A stretch of DNA of 64,000 nt, taken from a virus (Duplodnaviria; Caudoviricetes). A program made the translations under genes and the position numbers. Location: positions 112,420 to 176,419 of the IMG/VR virus record IMGVR_UViG_3300021399_000103; one strand, written 5' to 3'. Below are positions 10,869-21,069 of the stretch, piece after piece. Position 1 is the stretch's first letter; every line of letters begins with the position of its first letter. Below the pieces are notes generated by a model, which saw only the letters and a list, made by a program, of their open reading frames with translations, was not told where the DNA came from and ran no database searches.

Positions 10869-12011
10869 TTAATCAAATCATTCTATTTTTGAACCATTAA
10901 TTTGTGTTGATTTTCTTTTTTTCGCTTGATGAACAGCTTGTCTTGAAACCCCTAAATATCTACCAGCTTCTGAAAAAGAATCAAACGGTATTTCATCTAT
11001 AATACAGATAAATGGTACTTCTATTTCTTCTAATGGTTCATCTGTATAATACAAAAAGTATTTACTTTTATAACGAGTTTTTTCTCTTAAAGCCTTTTGG
11101 ATTCCAGTGGTTTTGAATCCTTCTAATTGGATATCTTTTACTGTTTTATAAGTAGATTCCAATTCGCCGCCTGCGTTATATACAGCAATAAAACCTTTTG
11201 GATTTCCTATATACTCACCCCTTCGCTGAAGCGTTCTCAATGTAAATAACCGCTCATTTGGAGTGTAATAATACATAGGTGGTTTTTTATGTTCTATAGA
11301 ATAGTTATTAAATACGTCATCATTTTGTTTATAAATTTTTATTTTTGTACATATTGGATATTCATTATTTGGTTTTGGATATTCTAAAATATCAGAAGCA
11401 GGTGTTAAAGTTTTATCTAAACGTAATATATAAATAAATTGTTTAGTTCATGTTTTTCTAACATCTGAATATAAACTGCATATGCCTTCTGTAAATGGAA
11501 TTGATTCAGGGCAATTATGCTTATATAAATACCATAAAGTTGTTAAGTGACGTTCTTGCCCATCCAATAGCCAAAATCCTTCAGAAATAAAATATCCTAA
11601 ATATTCTCAATTTGTTGCTTGATAAATATATCCATAATTACCTTCTTTGCGGCCGGAGTAAGAAACTAGTAACCGCACATTTGGGCGGTATTTTTTTATT
11701 CATTTAATACCAAGAGAAATAGCTTGTGATTCTGAATTTTTCCCTTCTGAATCAGCCATACAAAATCTATTTAATTCAAGGTATTCTGATTTTTCTATTG
11801 GTTCTTTAACATATCTATCAAGTTTAATTTTTTCTTGAAAAGAACAACCTCATTGGAGTACTCCTACTAAAAGATTATCTTCTTTTCGGAATACTCCAAG
11901 ATTAAGAATTGCTTTTTTAAATCCTACCCCAGAATAATGTCAAGCAGATGTAAATTGATATGCTTTTGACGAGTTTATCTGGTCTATAAAATATCTTTTA
12001 TTTTCAATCAT
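10869..12011 (-). CDS. Mom-family (GNAT-like) DNA adenine modification enzyme with C-terminal NUMOD1/HTH-like domain; 6 in-frame TGA read as Trp
   Basis: ATG 12011 is in frame with ORF 10878-11276; motifs A*HYS, LELNRF, ESQAIS, LLVSYS, GYIYQATN*EYLG; TGA at 11940, 11850, 11700, 11607, 11448, 10878. Confidence 0.8.
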
Positions 12012-12013
12012 AA

Positions 12014-14335
12014 TTATACCTTTGATACTGATTGTATCTTATCTTTTAATGTGATATTACCTGCGGCGGTGCGTCCTAAAAGCGGAATATCTTTCGCTGA
12101 AATACAGATTGATTTAGAACTACCAACTACCAATACCTGGTCTTCATCGCTTAATAAAGCGGCTGCCGCAACTTCATCATTAGATTTATAACAAATAATA
12201 CCTTTACCACCACGTTTCTGTAAGACAAGATCATTTGGTGAAATTTTCTTACTGAAACCTGATGTTGAAAATATGCCAAGTGTATCATTACTATCTCTAA
12301 CGACCAATGTAGCAATTACTTCATCATCATCATTGAGATTTATACCTTTTACGCCAGAAGTAGTTCTTGAAGTTGCTGAAATCTCTGTTGAATTGAACTT
12401 AATACACATACCTTTCTTAGTAATAAGAATTATTGGTTCATCTTTAATTAAAGATACGCTGGCTAAGTTATCACCTTCTCTTAATGTGATTGCGGCGATA
12501 CCTGTTTTCTTTTTTGTCTTTGTGTATTCTTCTAATGAAGTTTTCTTTACTAACCCATTTTTTGTTGTAAACAAGACATATTTTGCGTCAGTATCTCTAT
12601 AAATTGAATAGATTACTGTTGGATTTTCGTTTGGTTGCATTTGAATTAGATTTTTAACAGAAATGCCTTTTGTTGTATTTGTTCCCCCAGGAATTGAATC
12701 TACAATTAAACGATACATGTTACCTTTATCTGAAAATACCATAAGAGAATCAACTGTATTTGTACGAATCACCGCATTTACAATATCATCAGTTGTTTTA
12801 ACTCCCTTGCCACCTCTGCGTTGTGTGCGGAATGAAGTTGCTGGAACTCGTTTAATCAAACCAGAATCAGTCATAATAACAACAACCTTCTCTGGTTCAA
12901 CAAATTGAATTTCTTTATCCTCTTTTTTAATTTCAATTTGTGTTAATTCAGTTCTACGAGCATCTCCATATTTTTTAACAAGTGAAGCTAATACAATTTT
13001 AACTGTTTTATATTGTGCTTCTGTATTATTTAACCAATTTGTAATTTCTTCAATATTTGAAATTAACTGTTTTTCTTCATCCTGTATTTCAACTTTTTCC
13101 AAGTTGGCTAAGCTACTTAATCTCATTGCGAGAATTGCTTTTGCTTGTTCCTCTGAAAAGTTATATTTTTTGATTAACTCTTCTTTAGCACTTGCCGCAG
13201 AAGCTGATTTTCTAATTAATGCAACAATATTGTCAATATCTTCAAGAGCTTTTAATAAACCTTCAACAATATGTAGTCTTGCTTTAGCTTTATTTAAATC
13301 AAATTCTTTTTCTCTTTTCAAACAATTTAAAGCATTGTTTACATAAATTTCACAGCAATCTTTAAGATTTAACTCTGTTGGAGTTTTACCTACAAGCGCA
13401 ACTTGATTATATGAGAAACTTGATTGAAGGTTTGTTTTAGCGAATAGCTGATTGGCTATATAATCAGAATTTCTATCACACTCAACTACAATTCTAACAC
13501 CTTTTTTATTAGTTTCATCTCTTACATCAGTAATTCCTTCGATTTCTTCAGCAACTTCACCAATTTCCGCAATTAAAGATTCTACGTTTGTTCCATAAGG
13601 AATTTCATAAAATATAAGATTATTTTTTTCTTTCTTATACTTCGCCCTAATTTTAACTGAACCATGACCTGTTTTCATAATGGCTGGAATATCGTTTTTA
13701 TTGATGATAATTCCACCTGTTGGAAAGTCCGGGCCAGGTAATGTTGGCTCTTTACCATCAATATAATCGTTAATTGCTTGCGCAACTTCAATTAAATTAT
13801 GCGGCGCCCAAGAGCAAGCTAAAGCTACACCAATTCCACTATTTGGATTACAAAGAAGATTTGGAAAATAAGATGGAAGAACTACTGGTTCTTTATCTAA
13901 TTCATCATATGTAGGGACAAAATCAACATTATTCTTCTTTAATCCTTGTAACAATCCATCTTCTGAAATTTTTGCAAGTCTTGCTTCTGTATAACGTGCG
14001 GCCGCAGGGCCATCTCCGACGATATTACCATTACTTCCATGCCAGTCAATAAGAGGATAACGCATAATCCAATCCTGAGAAAGTCGAGCCATTGCGCCAT
14101 AAATTGAACTGTCACCATGCGGGTGTAATTTACCCATTACATCGCCTACAATACGAGCAGCTTTAACGTGCGGCTTTGAATACGTGCGCCCCTCCATAAG
14201 ACAAGAATATAAAATACGTTTTGCTACTGGTTTTAACCCATCTACGGCACTGGGGATGGCACGATCGGAATTAACGGCATACGCATATTCAATAAAATTA
14301 GTATGTAATTCATTATAAATATCGTTATTTTGCAT
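12014..14335 (-). CDS. gyrA: DNA gyrase subunit A
   Basis: DGLKPV, HPHGDSS, AAARYTEARL, GyrA-box QRRGGKG, pinwheel repeats. Confidence 0.93.
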   Translation of the reverse strand: MQNNDIYNELHTNFIEYAYAVNSDRAIPSAVDGLKPVAKRILYSCLMEGRTYSKPHVKAARIVGDVMGKLHPHGDSSIYGAMARLSQDWIMRYPLIDWHGSNGNIVGDGPAAARYTEARLAKISEDGLLQGLKKNNVDFVPTYDELDKEPVVLPSYFPNLLCNPNSGIGVALACSWAPHNLIEVAQAINDYIDGKEPTLPGPDFPTGGIIINKNDIPAIMKTGHGSVKIRAKYKKEKNNLIFYEIPYGTNVESLIAEIGEVAEEIEGITDVRDETNKKGVRIVVECDRNSDYIANQLFAKTNLQSSFSYNQVALVGKTPTELNLKDCCEIYVNNALNCLKREKEFDLNKAKARLHIVEGLLKALEDIDNIVALIRKSASAASAKEELIKKYNFSEEQAKAILAMRLSSLANLEKVEIQDEEKQLISNIEEITNWLNNTEAQYKTVKIVLASLVKKYGDARRTELTQIEIKKEDKEIQFVEPEKVVVIMTDSGLIKRVPATSFRTQRRGGKGVKTTDDIVNAVIRTNTVDSLMVFSDKGNMYRLIVDSIPGGTNTTKGISVKNLIQMQPNENPTVIYSIYRDTDAKYVLFTTKNGLVKKTSLEEYTKTKKKTGIAAITLREGDNLASVSLIKDEPIILITKKGMCIKFNSTEISATSRTTSGVKGINLNDDDEVIATLVVRDSNDTLGIFSTSGFSKKISPNDLVLQKRGGKGIICYKSNDEVAAAALLSDEDQVLVVGSSKSICISAKDIPLLGRTAAGNITLKDKIQSVSKV

Positions 14336-14573
14336 TAATTAACTCCTCTCCATTAATTATTAATAATTTAATTTGATTAGAATAAAATTCTAAATAGGTA
14401 TTGGGTTTATGATATTTTTCTAATAGTGAGATTCCTTTTTGAATATTGTTAATTCCAATATTGATATTACAAAAATCACAATGAATATGCCAAGGCGTTC
14501 TACCCCATTCGTCTAAACAAATATAACATTCATTTCCACAATTTGGACAGACTATTATTTTTTTATTTTGCAT
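14325..14573 (-). CDS. Small Zn-ribbon hypothetical protein
   Basis: CPNC...CDFC; overlap-coupled to gyrA. Confidence 0.5.
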   Translation of the reverse strand: MQNKKIIVCPNCGNECYICLDEWGRTPWHIHCDFCNINIGINNIQKGISLLEKYHKPNTYLEFYSNQIKLLIINGEELINAK

Positions 14574-14793
14574 TAACTACCTCTAGTTTATCCCAGGTTG
14601 TGACATAAACTCTATTGTTCCATAATACTCTAACATAATATCCATAAAAATTGTAAAATTCATTTACATATTCTACAATTTCATGAGCGGGAATATTTGG
14701 ATATTTTAATGCTGCTTGAGTCATAAAATCTTCGTCATATATTTCTCTCAATGTTCTTAATTTTACATTATTCATGCCATACTTCCTCATCAT
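14563..14793 (-). CDS. Hypothetical protein
   Basis: Overlap-coupled ORF between gyrB and gyrA. Confidence 0.5.
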   Translation of the reverse strand: MMRKYGMNNVKLRTLREIYDEDFMTQAALKYPNIPAHEIVEYVNEFYNFYGYYVRVLWNNRVYVTTWDKLEVVNAK

Positions 14794-15067
14794 TATATAT
14801 TGAATCTTTAAATCTATAATTTTTCCAATGATATAATTTCATTAAAGCTATATATCTGCCAAATATATTTCTATTTGAATAATAATTTTTTAAATTATCC
14901 CAACAGAATTTTATATAAGGATAATCACCCAGTTTTAATAATGGAATAAAAGTATCTGGATTATTTTCATCAATTACCTGTTTTACAATTTTCTTTGGTA
15001 AATAAAAATCTCCATCTCTATCTTTGTACCAAGTTTCATTATTCGGCGTTATATAATCCCGCTTCAT
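14768..15067 (-). CDS. Hypothetical protein
   Basis: Overlap-coupled ORF after gyrB. Confidence 0.45.
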   Translation of the reverse strand: MKRDYITPNNETWYKDRDGDFYLPKKIVKQVIDENNPDTFIPLLKLGDYPYIKFCWDNLKNYYSNRNIFGRYIALMKLYHWKNYRFKDSIYNDEEVWHE

Positions 15068-16958
15068 TGCTATGCTCCTTAATATATTCTTTTCTTAAAC
15101 TTGCACTTTGGCCCATTAAAGTTTCAAATAGCTGATCTGTGGCTGTAATATCTTCAATAGTGATTTGCTTAATAATTCTATTATTAGGGTCAGTTAAAGT
15201 TTCTTCCGTCTCTTCGACCGACATTTCACCAAGTCCTTTAAGTCTATTAACTAGATATTTTACACCCTTATTCTGGTTTCTAAATTCATCCAGAGCCGCA
15301 TCATCTTTTAAATATTTATAACCCTTATTTCCAGGTAAAGTAATTTTATAAAGCGGCGGCACTCCCGCATAGACATATCCATCCTCAATTAACTGTGGAC
15401 AGAAGTTCCAGATAAATGTGTAGAACAGGTTTTTGATATGCGCACCATCAACATCAGCATCAGATTCAATAATAATTTTGCCATATCTCAAATCTTCTGG
15501 ACGATATGTAATTTTCATTGTCTTAAGATCAATAGTCAATCCAAAAGCATCAATCATTGACATAATTTCTGCATTCTTTTGGATCTTATCTATTGTTGCT
15601 TTCTGAGTGTTAAGAATTTTACCTCTTACCGGCATAACAGCTTGGAATGAATTATCTCTTGCCATTTTTAAGTTAGCAGATGCAGAATCACCCTCTGTAA
15701 TATAAATTTCACAATCTTTTCTGGGTTTGCCTTTACAATCTGCTAATTTCTTATCAAACTTTAAGGCTTTTTCTTTCTTCTTTGTTTGTGCACGAGCATT
15801 ATCACGAGCTTTTTTCGCAGCTTCTCTTGCCTTGCGGGCATTGATAGCCTTATCCGCAATTAACTTAACTTCTTTTTCATTGGCGTTCATCCATGCTTCA
15901 AGATTATCAATAATTGCTCTTGTAAAAGGCGTCATATCAATTTTAGTAATTCTTGATTTTACTTGAGCGTCATATGCTACTCCTGGCGCGGTAATGTTGA
16001 AGACGATGTATAAACCTTCTTGGATATCTTCACCAGTGAGGTTTTCATCCTTTTCTTTTAACCATTTTTTCTCCTTGAAGAATTTATTAAATTCTCTTGT
16101 TAAAATAGTTTTAACTTGTGTAATATGTTGACCAGATTCGGTAAGACCAGTATTAACATATGGAACAATAATAGACCCATATGCTGATGTATAAGTCATA
16201 ACCATATCCATTTTATTCTTACCATTGGCAAAATTCATGTTAAATCTATTATCAATTAATTCTTTATTTTTTACTGCGGTATCTACTAAATCGTTAATAC
16301 CATTTTTAGAAAAGTATGTAGATTTATTACCATTATCATCAAGATTAATTGTTAAACCTGGACAAAGTGCCGTAATAGTCTTACAAAGATCTTTTACTTT
16401 AGAGATTTCAACTTCTGTATGGGTAAAAAACTCTTCAGATGGTTGCCATTGCACAGTTGTTCCATTTTTAAGATTAAAATTATTTGGTTTAAATTTTTCT
16501 CTTTTTTCAAAAACTCCCTCTTTAAACCAAATATTTTCTCCATCTCCATCTCTTACAGTTCCAACATTTAACCAATGGGATAAAAAAGTAGTGATTTTAC
16601 TACCAATTCCAAAAGATCCTAATGAGGTTCCTTCATAAGTGCCATCTTCACGATATTTTCCAGAAGTGTTTAATACACTGAAAGCAGCTTCAAGAATTGT
16701 TTTTCCATCATCTCTAAATGAATTAGGAATAAAACCTTGTCCATTATCAGTTACCGTTACAATATCTTTATTAATATTAATATCAATCTGATTACCATGA
16801 CCAAGTCTAAATTCATCAATAGAGTTAGATAAAATTTCGACCAAAAGCTGAGTTGAATATGTAGTATCGCCAGCATATACTCCTGGTCTTAGTCTTGTAA
16901 ACTCTAATGGTGAAAGTGATTCAATAGATTGTTCATTATATAAAGTTTTATCTACCAT
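15039..16958 (-). CDS. gyrB: DNA gyrase/type IIA topoisomerase subunit B
   Basis: RPGVY, EILSNSIDE, DNGQG, EGDSA, PVRGKILN, DADVDGAHI, KGLGEM. Confidence 0.94.
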   Translation of the reverse strand: MVDKTLYNEQSIESLSPLEFTRLRPGVYAGDTTYSTQLLVEILSNSIDEFRLGHGNQIDININKDIVTVTDNGQGFIPNSFRDDGKTILEAAFSVLNTSGKYREDGTYEGTSLGSFGIGSKITTFLSHWLNVGTVRDGDGENIWFKEGVFEKREKFKPNNFNLKNGTTVQWQPSEEFFTHTEVEISKVKDLCKTITALCPGLTINLDDNGNKSTYFSKNGINDLVDTAVKNKELIDNRFNMNFANGKNKMDMVMTYTSAYGSIIVPYVNTGLTESGQHITQVKTILTREFNKFFKEKKWLKEKDENLTGEDIQEGLYIVFNITAPGVAYDAQVKSRITKIDMTPFTRAIIDNLEAWMNANEKEVKLIADKAINARKAREAAKKARDNARAQTKKKEKALKFDKKLADCKGKPRKDCEIYITEGDSASANLKMARDNSFQAVMPVRGKILNTQKATIDKIQKNAEIMSMIDAFGLTIDLKTMKITYRPEDLRYGKIIIESDADVDGAHIKNLFYTFIWNFCPQLIEDGYVYAGVPPLYKITLPGNKGYKYLKDDAALDEFRNQNKGVKYLVNRLKGLGEMSVEETEETLTDPNNRIIKQITIEDITATDQLFETLMGQSASLRKEYIKEHSNEAGLYNAE

Positions 16959-16971
16959 TGTATAATCCTTT

Positions 16972-17151
16972 CTATTTTAATACTCCCCATGAACTACCAA
17001 TAGGCTTAGTATCAAATCCGCACATTTTAAGCTGTTCTCTAATCCATTCAGCAACTTCTTCATTGGATTTTTCATTAAACCATTCATTATTATGAATCAT
17101 TAATCCAATTTCAAACATAATATCTATCAGTTTTTGTTCATTGCTTTTCAT
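16972..17151 (-). CDS. Small hypothetical protein (59 aa; below ORF-track cutoff)
   Basis: MKSNEQKLIDIMFEIG...GSSWGVLK*; directly after a promoter. Confidence 0.5.
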   Translation of the reverse strand: MKSNEQKLIDIMFEIGLMIHNNEWFNEKSNEEVAEWIREQLKMCGFDTKPIGSSWGVLK

Positions 17152-17206
17152 ATATTATTATTATATCATATTTAATTAAAAAAGTCAAGATTTTTTCTTT
17201 CTTGAC

Positions 17207-17485
17207 TTATTTCTCTTCATTTTTATTATTTTCTTTTTCTAATTGCTCAATCAGATTTTTCAGGAGTCTAATCGTATCTTCTCGCTCAGCGAAAGTTAAA
17301 TCCATATAATTATTAGGTAAAATTATAACCATATTATTTGGAAATTTTTTAGATAATCCATTTTGTAATTCCTCTATTTCTTTTCTTGAAAAAGAAAGAT
17401 GATCTATATAGCATATTACGACAAAATCTTTATCTTGTAATTTAATAAAAGTTTGTTTCAAAATTTTATTTTCCATATTTTGCAT
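17207..17485 (-). CDS. Hypothetical protein
   Basis: ORF overlapping RNase H stop. Confidence 0.45.
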   Translation of the reverse strand: MQNMENKILKQTFIKLQDKDFVVICYIDHLSFSRKEIEELQNGLSKKFPNNMVIILPNNYMDLTFAEREDTIRLLKNLIEQLEKENNKNEEK

Positions 17486-18104
17486 ACCAGTCCATTAATT
17501 CTTGTGTAGGATGTATCCACCCATCTTCAATTCCAATTATCCAATAATGAGGATCATCTTTATATTTTGATTCTGCTTTCCAATTATTTTTACCTATAAA
17601 ATATCCATAGTTGGGAATATTATTCTGTACATCGCTATAATACACCTCTTCCGCAGTAAGTGTACCAGTAGCCAATTTATCGGCTAATTCATTACCTTTA
17701 ATCCCAGTGTGACCGCTACATTTCTCAATAATAATAAAATGATCGTTCCAATATAAATCATATATTTTTTTAATTAAATCTTGATTTTCTACTGGATTTC
17801 CTTTGCTATTAATCCAACCATTTCTACTCCATATGTCGCCCCATTCAGTAATACATTTCATAGCATATGCGGAATCAGTATAAACCTTATTCGCTCCAAA
17901 AATACTATCTGAACCGTATCTTTCAATTACTTTATAAAGAGCCATTAATTCCATTCTATTATTTGTCGTATTTTGAATTTGTTCTGAATAAGCATCTATG
18001 ATATATCCAGAGTTATCGTACACTACATAACCAAAACCGCCTATATTATTTGCTCCTTTTTGATTATTAATTCTTGTACTTCCATCACAATAAATTGTAT
18101 ACAT
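17466..18104 (-). CDS. rnhA: Ribonuclease HI
   Basis: IYCDGS, TNNRMEL, YTDSAY, GHTGIKGNELADKLA. Confidence 0.93.
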   Translation of the reverse strand: MYTIYCDGSTRINNQKGANNIGGFGYVVYDNSGYIIDAYSEQIQNTTNNRMELMALYKVIERYGSDSIFGANKVYTDSAYAMKCITEWGDIWSRNGWINSKGNPVENQDLIKKIYDLYWNDHFIIIEKCSGHTGIKGNELADKLATGTLTAEEVYYSDVQNNIPNYGYFIGKNNWKAESKYKDDPHYWIIGIEDGWIHPTQELMDWYAKYGK

Positions 18105-18158
18105 ATTTAAACCTTTCTTAACTTTTTTTAATTTCTAAGCGATTCTGACCTATATATA

Positions 18159-18755
18159 TTATGACAAAAATTTTTCTATTTGTCAATTTTTTAGAACTTC
18201 TTTTCCAGTTTTTGATTTTGGATGATGAATTCCAAAAATAATAGCTCTTATTAAAAGTATGCTAAATCCATGTTTTTCTAATCAATAATTAGAATCTGGA
18301 AAATTAGATATTTCTGAATAATCAAATATAACTGTTTCATCTCAATTAAAATCTTTACATAAATCATCACATAAAGCTGCTAATTCAGCAAGGCAGTCTG
18401 CTAAATAATCTCTATCATTTAATTTATCTTCGCAAATACAAACATGGATATAGTTATCATTTCAAGTTTTTATATTCAATGGAAAAGTTTGTACAGTTAT
18501 TACATTATTATTTTTATCTTTACCTATTCAATAGTGGAAATTATATAATGTATGAATATGATTTCAATCATTATGTTTATGATTCTCGCCTAATTGAGCA
18601 ATAATATCAATATAGTTTTTATTATCTTTACTTGGCTGTACATATTGTCGTAAATAGGGATTATTTCGACCAGAAGAATGAATCACAATGCCCACTGGTT
18701 TTAATTCCCTATGATAAGCTCATTGAGTGCTGTTCGTCATCATGCAGTTTAGCAT
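18159..18755 (-). CDS. N-acetylmuramoyl-L-alanine amidase (Amidase_2)-like protein; all 7 Trp encoded by TGA; absent from ORF track
   Basis: MLNCMMTNSTQ*...GIVIHSSGRNNPYLRQYVQP...ND*NH...HY*IGK...VQTFP..KT*...ICED...NY*LEKHG; no TAA/TAG for 198 codons. Confidence 0.78.
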
Positions 18756-19173
18756 ATTCTTCCCTCATTTTTCTAATTTTTTTATGATGTTCGTCTTTCA
18801 TATTGATATATTCATACAAATCTAATTTTAGAACTGCTAATTGATGTTTAGCAATTTCTAAATCATTTTTAATCATTTTAATTTGTCGATGTAGCATTAT
18901 ATTTTCATAACTTTTTGGATTAAATTGTTTACTATGTTTCATTGAATAATATAATTGATTTAAGGCAGATAGCTTTATTTTTAAGTCATCTCTATATGTT
19001 TTAGCTGCGGCAATGCGCGCTCGCATTTCTGCGATAGTAGATCCCATAATCATACTTTCAAAATCTTTATCTTCTTCTGCGCACCATGCTTCACCAATAA
19101 AGACTCGCCCCATATCATCTTCAGCAGTACATTTCGCATATCCATCTTTGTAGTAAAAAGTGGGTTCTTTCAT
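18709..19173 (-). CDS. Hypothetical coiled-coil protein
   Basis: ORF with promoter and RBS. Confidence 0.55.
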   Translation of the reverse strand: MKEPTFYYKDGYAKCTAEDDMGRVFIGEAWCAEEDKDFESMIMGSTIAEMRARIAAAKTYRDDLKIKLSALNQLYYSMKHSKQFNPKSYENIMLHRQIKMIKNDLEIAKHQLAVLKLDLYEYINMKDEHHKKIRKMREEYAKLHDDEQHSMSLS

Positions 19174-19288
19174 AATTTCAAATCTCCTTTATATTATTAT
19201 ATCAAAAAATAAATAAAATATCAAATATACGACGAAAAGAGCGGAAAATTTCCACTCTGAAAAGTACTAAACAATATTTAGTTTGATT

Positions 19289-19501
19289 TTACGATTTAGG
19301 CGGTGGTTGGCGGCCGGCTTGGCTATAGCGTTCCAAAATGCCGTCCAATTCATTATGTATAATATCCAATTTATTTTTTAGTTCCTCATTTTCTCTCTGT
19401 ATCTTTTCGTTAATTCCAAGCAGGAGATAGCATCCGATCAACAGAAAAATTGATAAAATTATAAGTAAAATCATTAGCTGATCAATAGTAATAGTAAGCA
19501 T
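19289..19501 (-). CDS. Small membrane protein
   Basis: N-terminal hydrophobic helix. Confidence 0.5.
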   Translation of the reverse strand: MLTITIDQLMILLIILSIFLLIGCYLLLGINEKIQRENEELKNKLDIIHNELDGILERYSQAGRQPPPKS

Positions 19502-20046
19502 TATTGTTTCCTTTCTTTTATTTCTGAAATAATCTGTTCAATATTTACAGGGAACCCATTATGAGCATCCACTTCACAATGATAAATAAGCCCTTTATCA
19601 AAATCCGCAAATGGGTCTGTTGTATGAGTATGACCGCAAAGATTAATTGTAGCAGTTCTTTTATAGTCATCATAGTTAGAGCATAATGTTGGATAATGTG
19701 ATAGATAAAGATGATGCTTATGCACTTTAATTACATTAGCATATGTAATTTCCATTATATTTGTCGTATGATAAAGATAAGCATTAACTCTTCTATCGCT
19801 ATCGTGATTTCCTCTAACAATAAAGATATTTCCATTTAATTGACGCAAGCAATTTATGCCATCATCTAAATCTCCAAGCGTAACATCACCAAGATGATAT
19901 ACGGTATCACCAGGAGAAACAACACTATTCCACTTCTGGATTAAATCTTTATTCATTTCTTCAACTGTGTTGTATCCACGCGCCGCATAGATAAAATCTT
20001 TATTATGGTTGAAATGAGTATCGGATATTACAAAAATATTATCCAT
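19501..20046 (-). CDS. Calcineurin-like metallophosphoesterase
   Basis: SDTHFNH, HLGD, GNHD, SHYP, GHTH. Confidence 0.9.
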   Translation of the reverse strand: MDNIFVISDTHFNHNKDFIYAARGYNTVEEMNKDLIQKWNSVVSPGDTVYHLGDVTLGDLDDGINCLRQLNGNIFIVRGNHDSDRRVNAYLYHTTNIMEITYANVIKVHKHHLYLSHYPTLCSNYDDYKRTATINLCGHTHTTDPFADFDKGLIYHCEVDAHNGFPVNIEQIISEIKERKQ

Positions 20047-20533
20047 AGCTAATCACCTCGATTTTTACATTTTCAAGACTTAAAAAATCATTAACAGAAG
20101 GCCGGCGATATGAAGCCGCCATACTTCTAATTGAATCTTCTGGCACTCTTTTCATTTCTTCTCTTGGAGCATTTCTTTCTAAGCACACTTCAAGAGGTGT
20201 TTCGATAGCAACAAAATCAATTTCTTCAAAATCATTGCGGTTAATATTATAGAGCAATTTCCATCTTGAAGAGTTGTTAAGATGGGTAGCATCTGCCCAA
20301 ATTACATCATATTTTCCAATTCCGTTGTTAATTCTATTACAGAACTCATTGAATACTTCTTTTTCTTTTGAGAAGTAAGGAATGCCAGGAGTAATCATTG
20401 AAAAACGAATTTTATCGCGTGATACTATAAGATCTTCTGGATTCGCATGTTCTTTAATATAACTGGATTTGCCTGATGCCGGAACTCCGCACATTACTTT
20501 TAGTATTGTCATTTTCAAAATCTCCATTCTCAA
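20039..20533 (-). CDS. Polynucleotide kinase-like P-loop protein (AAA_33)
   Basis: CGVPASGKS, VSRDKIR, DATHL, CLERN. Confidence 0.85.
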   Translation of the reverse strand: MRMEILKMTILKVMCGVPASGKSSYIKEHANPEDLIVSRDKIRFSMITPGIPYFSKEKEVFNEFCNRINNGIGKYDVIWADATHLNNSSRWKLLYNINRNDFEEIDFVAIETPLEVCLERNAPREEMKRVPEDSIRSMAASYRRPSVNDFLSLENVKIEVISYG

Positions 20534-20723
20534 ATTTTCTCTTAAATTTTTCTACATCTTGTTGTGAATAACATTCATAATGATTTACTTCATCTTTGCA
20601 GTGAATACACCAGAGCTTCTTTAAGTGCCCCTTACCTCGTTGTGAAGCTGTGTTTCTAAAAACTGGAAGTCCTTCATTACCGCACTTCGTACAAAAAAAC
20701 CTGTGTTGTTCTAATTTTGCCAT
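20454..20723 (-). CDS. Zn-ribbon hypothetical protein
   Basis: CTKC...HLKKLWCIHC. Confidence 0.55.
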   Translation of the reverse strand: MAKLEQHRFFCTKCGNEGLPVFRNTASQRGKGHLKKLWCIHCKDEVNHYECYSQQDVEKFKRKFENGDFENDNTKSNVRSSGIRQIQLY

Positions 20724-20850
20724 TCAAATATAATCACCTCTTTACCTTTCTATATATATTATAACATATTTTTATTATTTTTTCAATTAAAATGTAAGCG
20801 ATTTGCGGCCGGGGCTACGCCGATCGTATTAACCGCCAGCCGCAAACTTC

Positions 20851-21057
20851 TTATCTAACGCACAAAGAGCATATTGAAACTTCTTGTGTCCGCCCTCCAG
20901 TGGCTGGAATAACAATACTATTTGTAGTATATGCCATACATCCTTTTCCTATACAATCTTCAAATTCTTCATGTTGTTCAGTAATAATAGTAGTATCTTT
21001 CCAAGCGGAAGTCGTATTATCAACATATATTCTTTTTCTAAATGGACATTTTTTCAT
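20851..21057 (-). CDS. Small Cys-rich hypothetical protein
   Basis: KCPFR...CIGKGCMAY. Confidence 0.5.
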   Translation of the reverse strand: MKKCPFRKRIYVDNTTSAWKDTTIITEQHEEFEDCIGKGCMAYTTNSIVIPATGGRTQEVSICSLCVR

Positions 21058-21069
21058 ATAAAAGTTCCT

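Noticed and set aside
10869-18755. Mom and amidase genes as pseudogenes
   Set aside because: Every interruption is TGA, several at Trp-expected sites, with no frameshift, TAA or TAG
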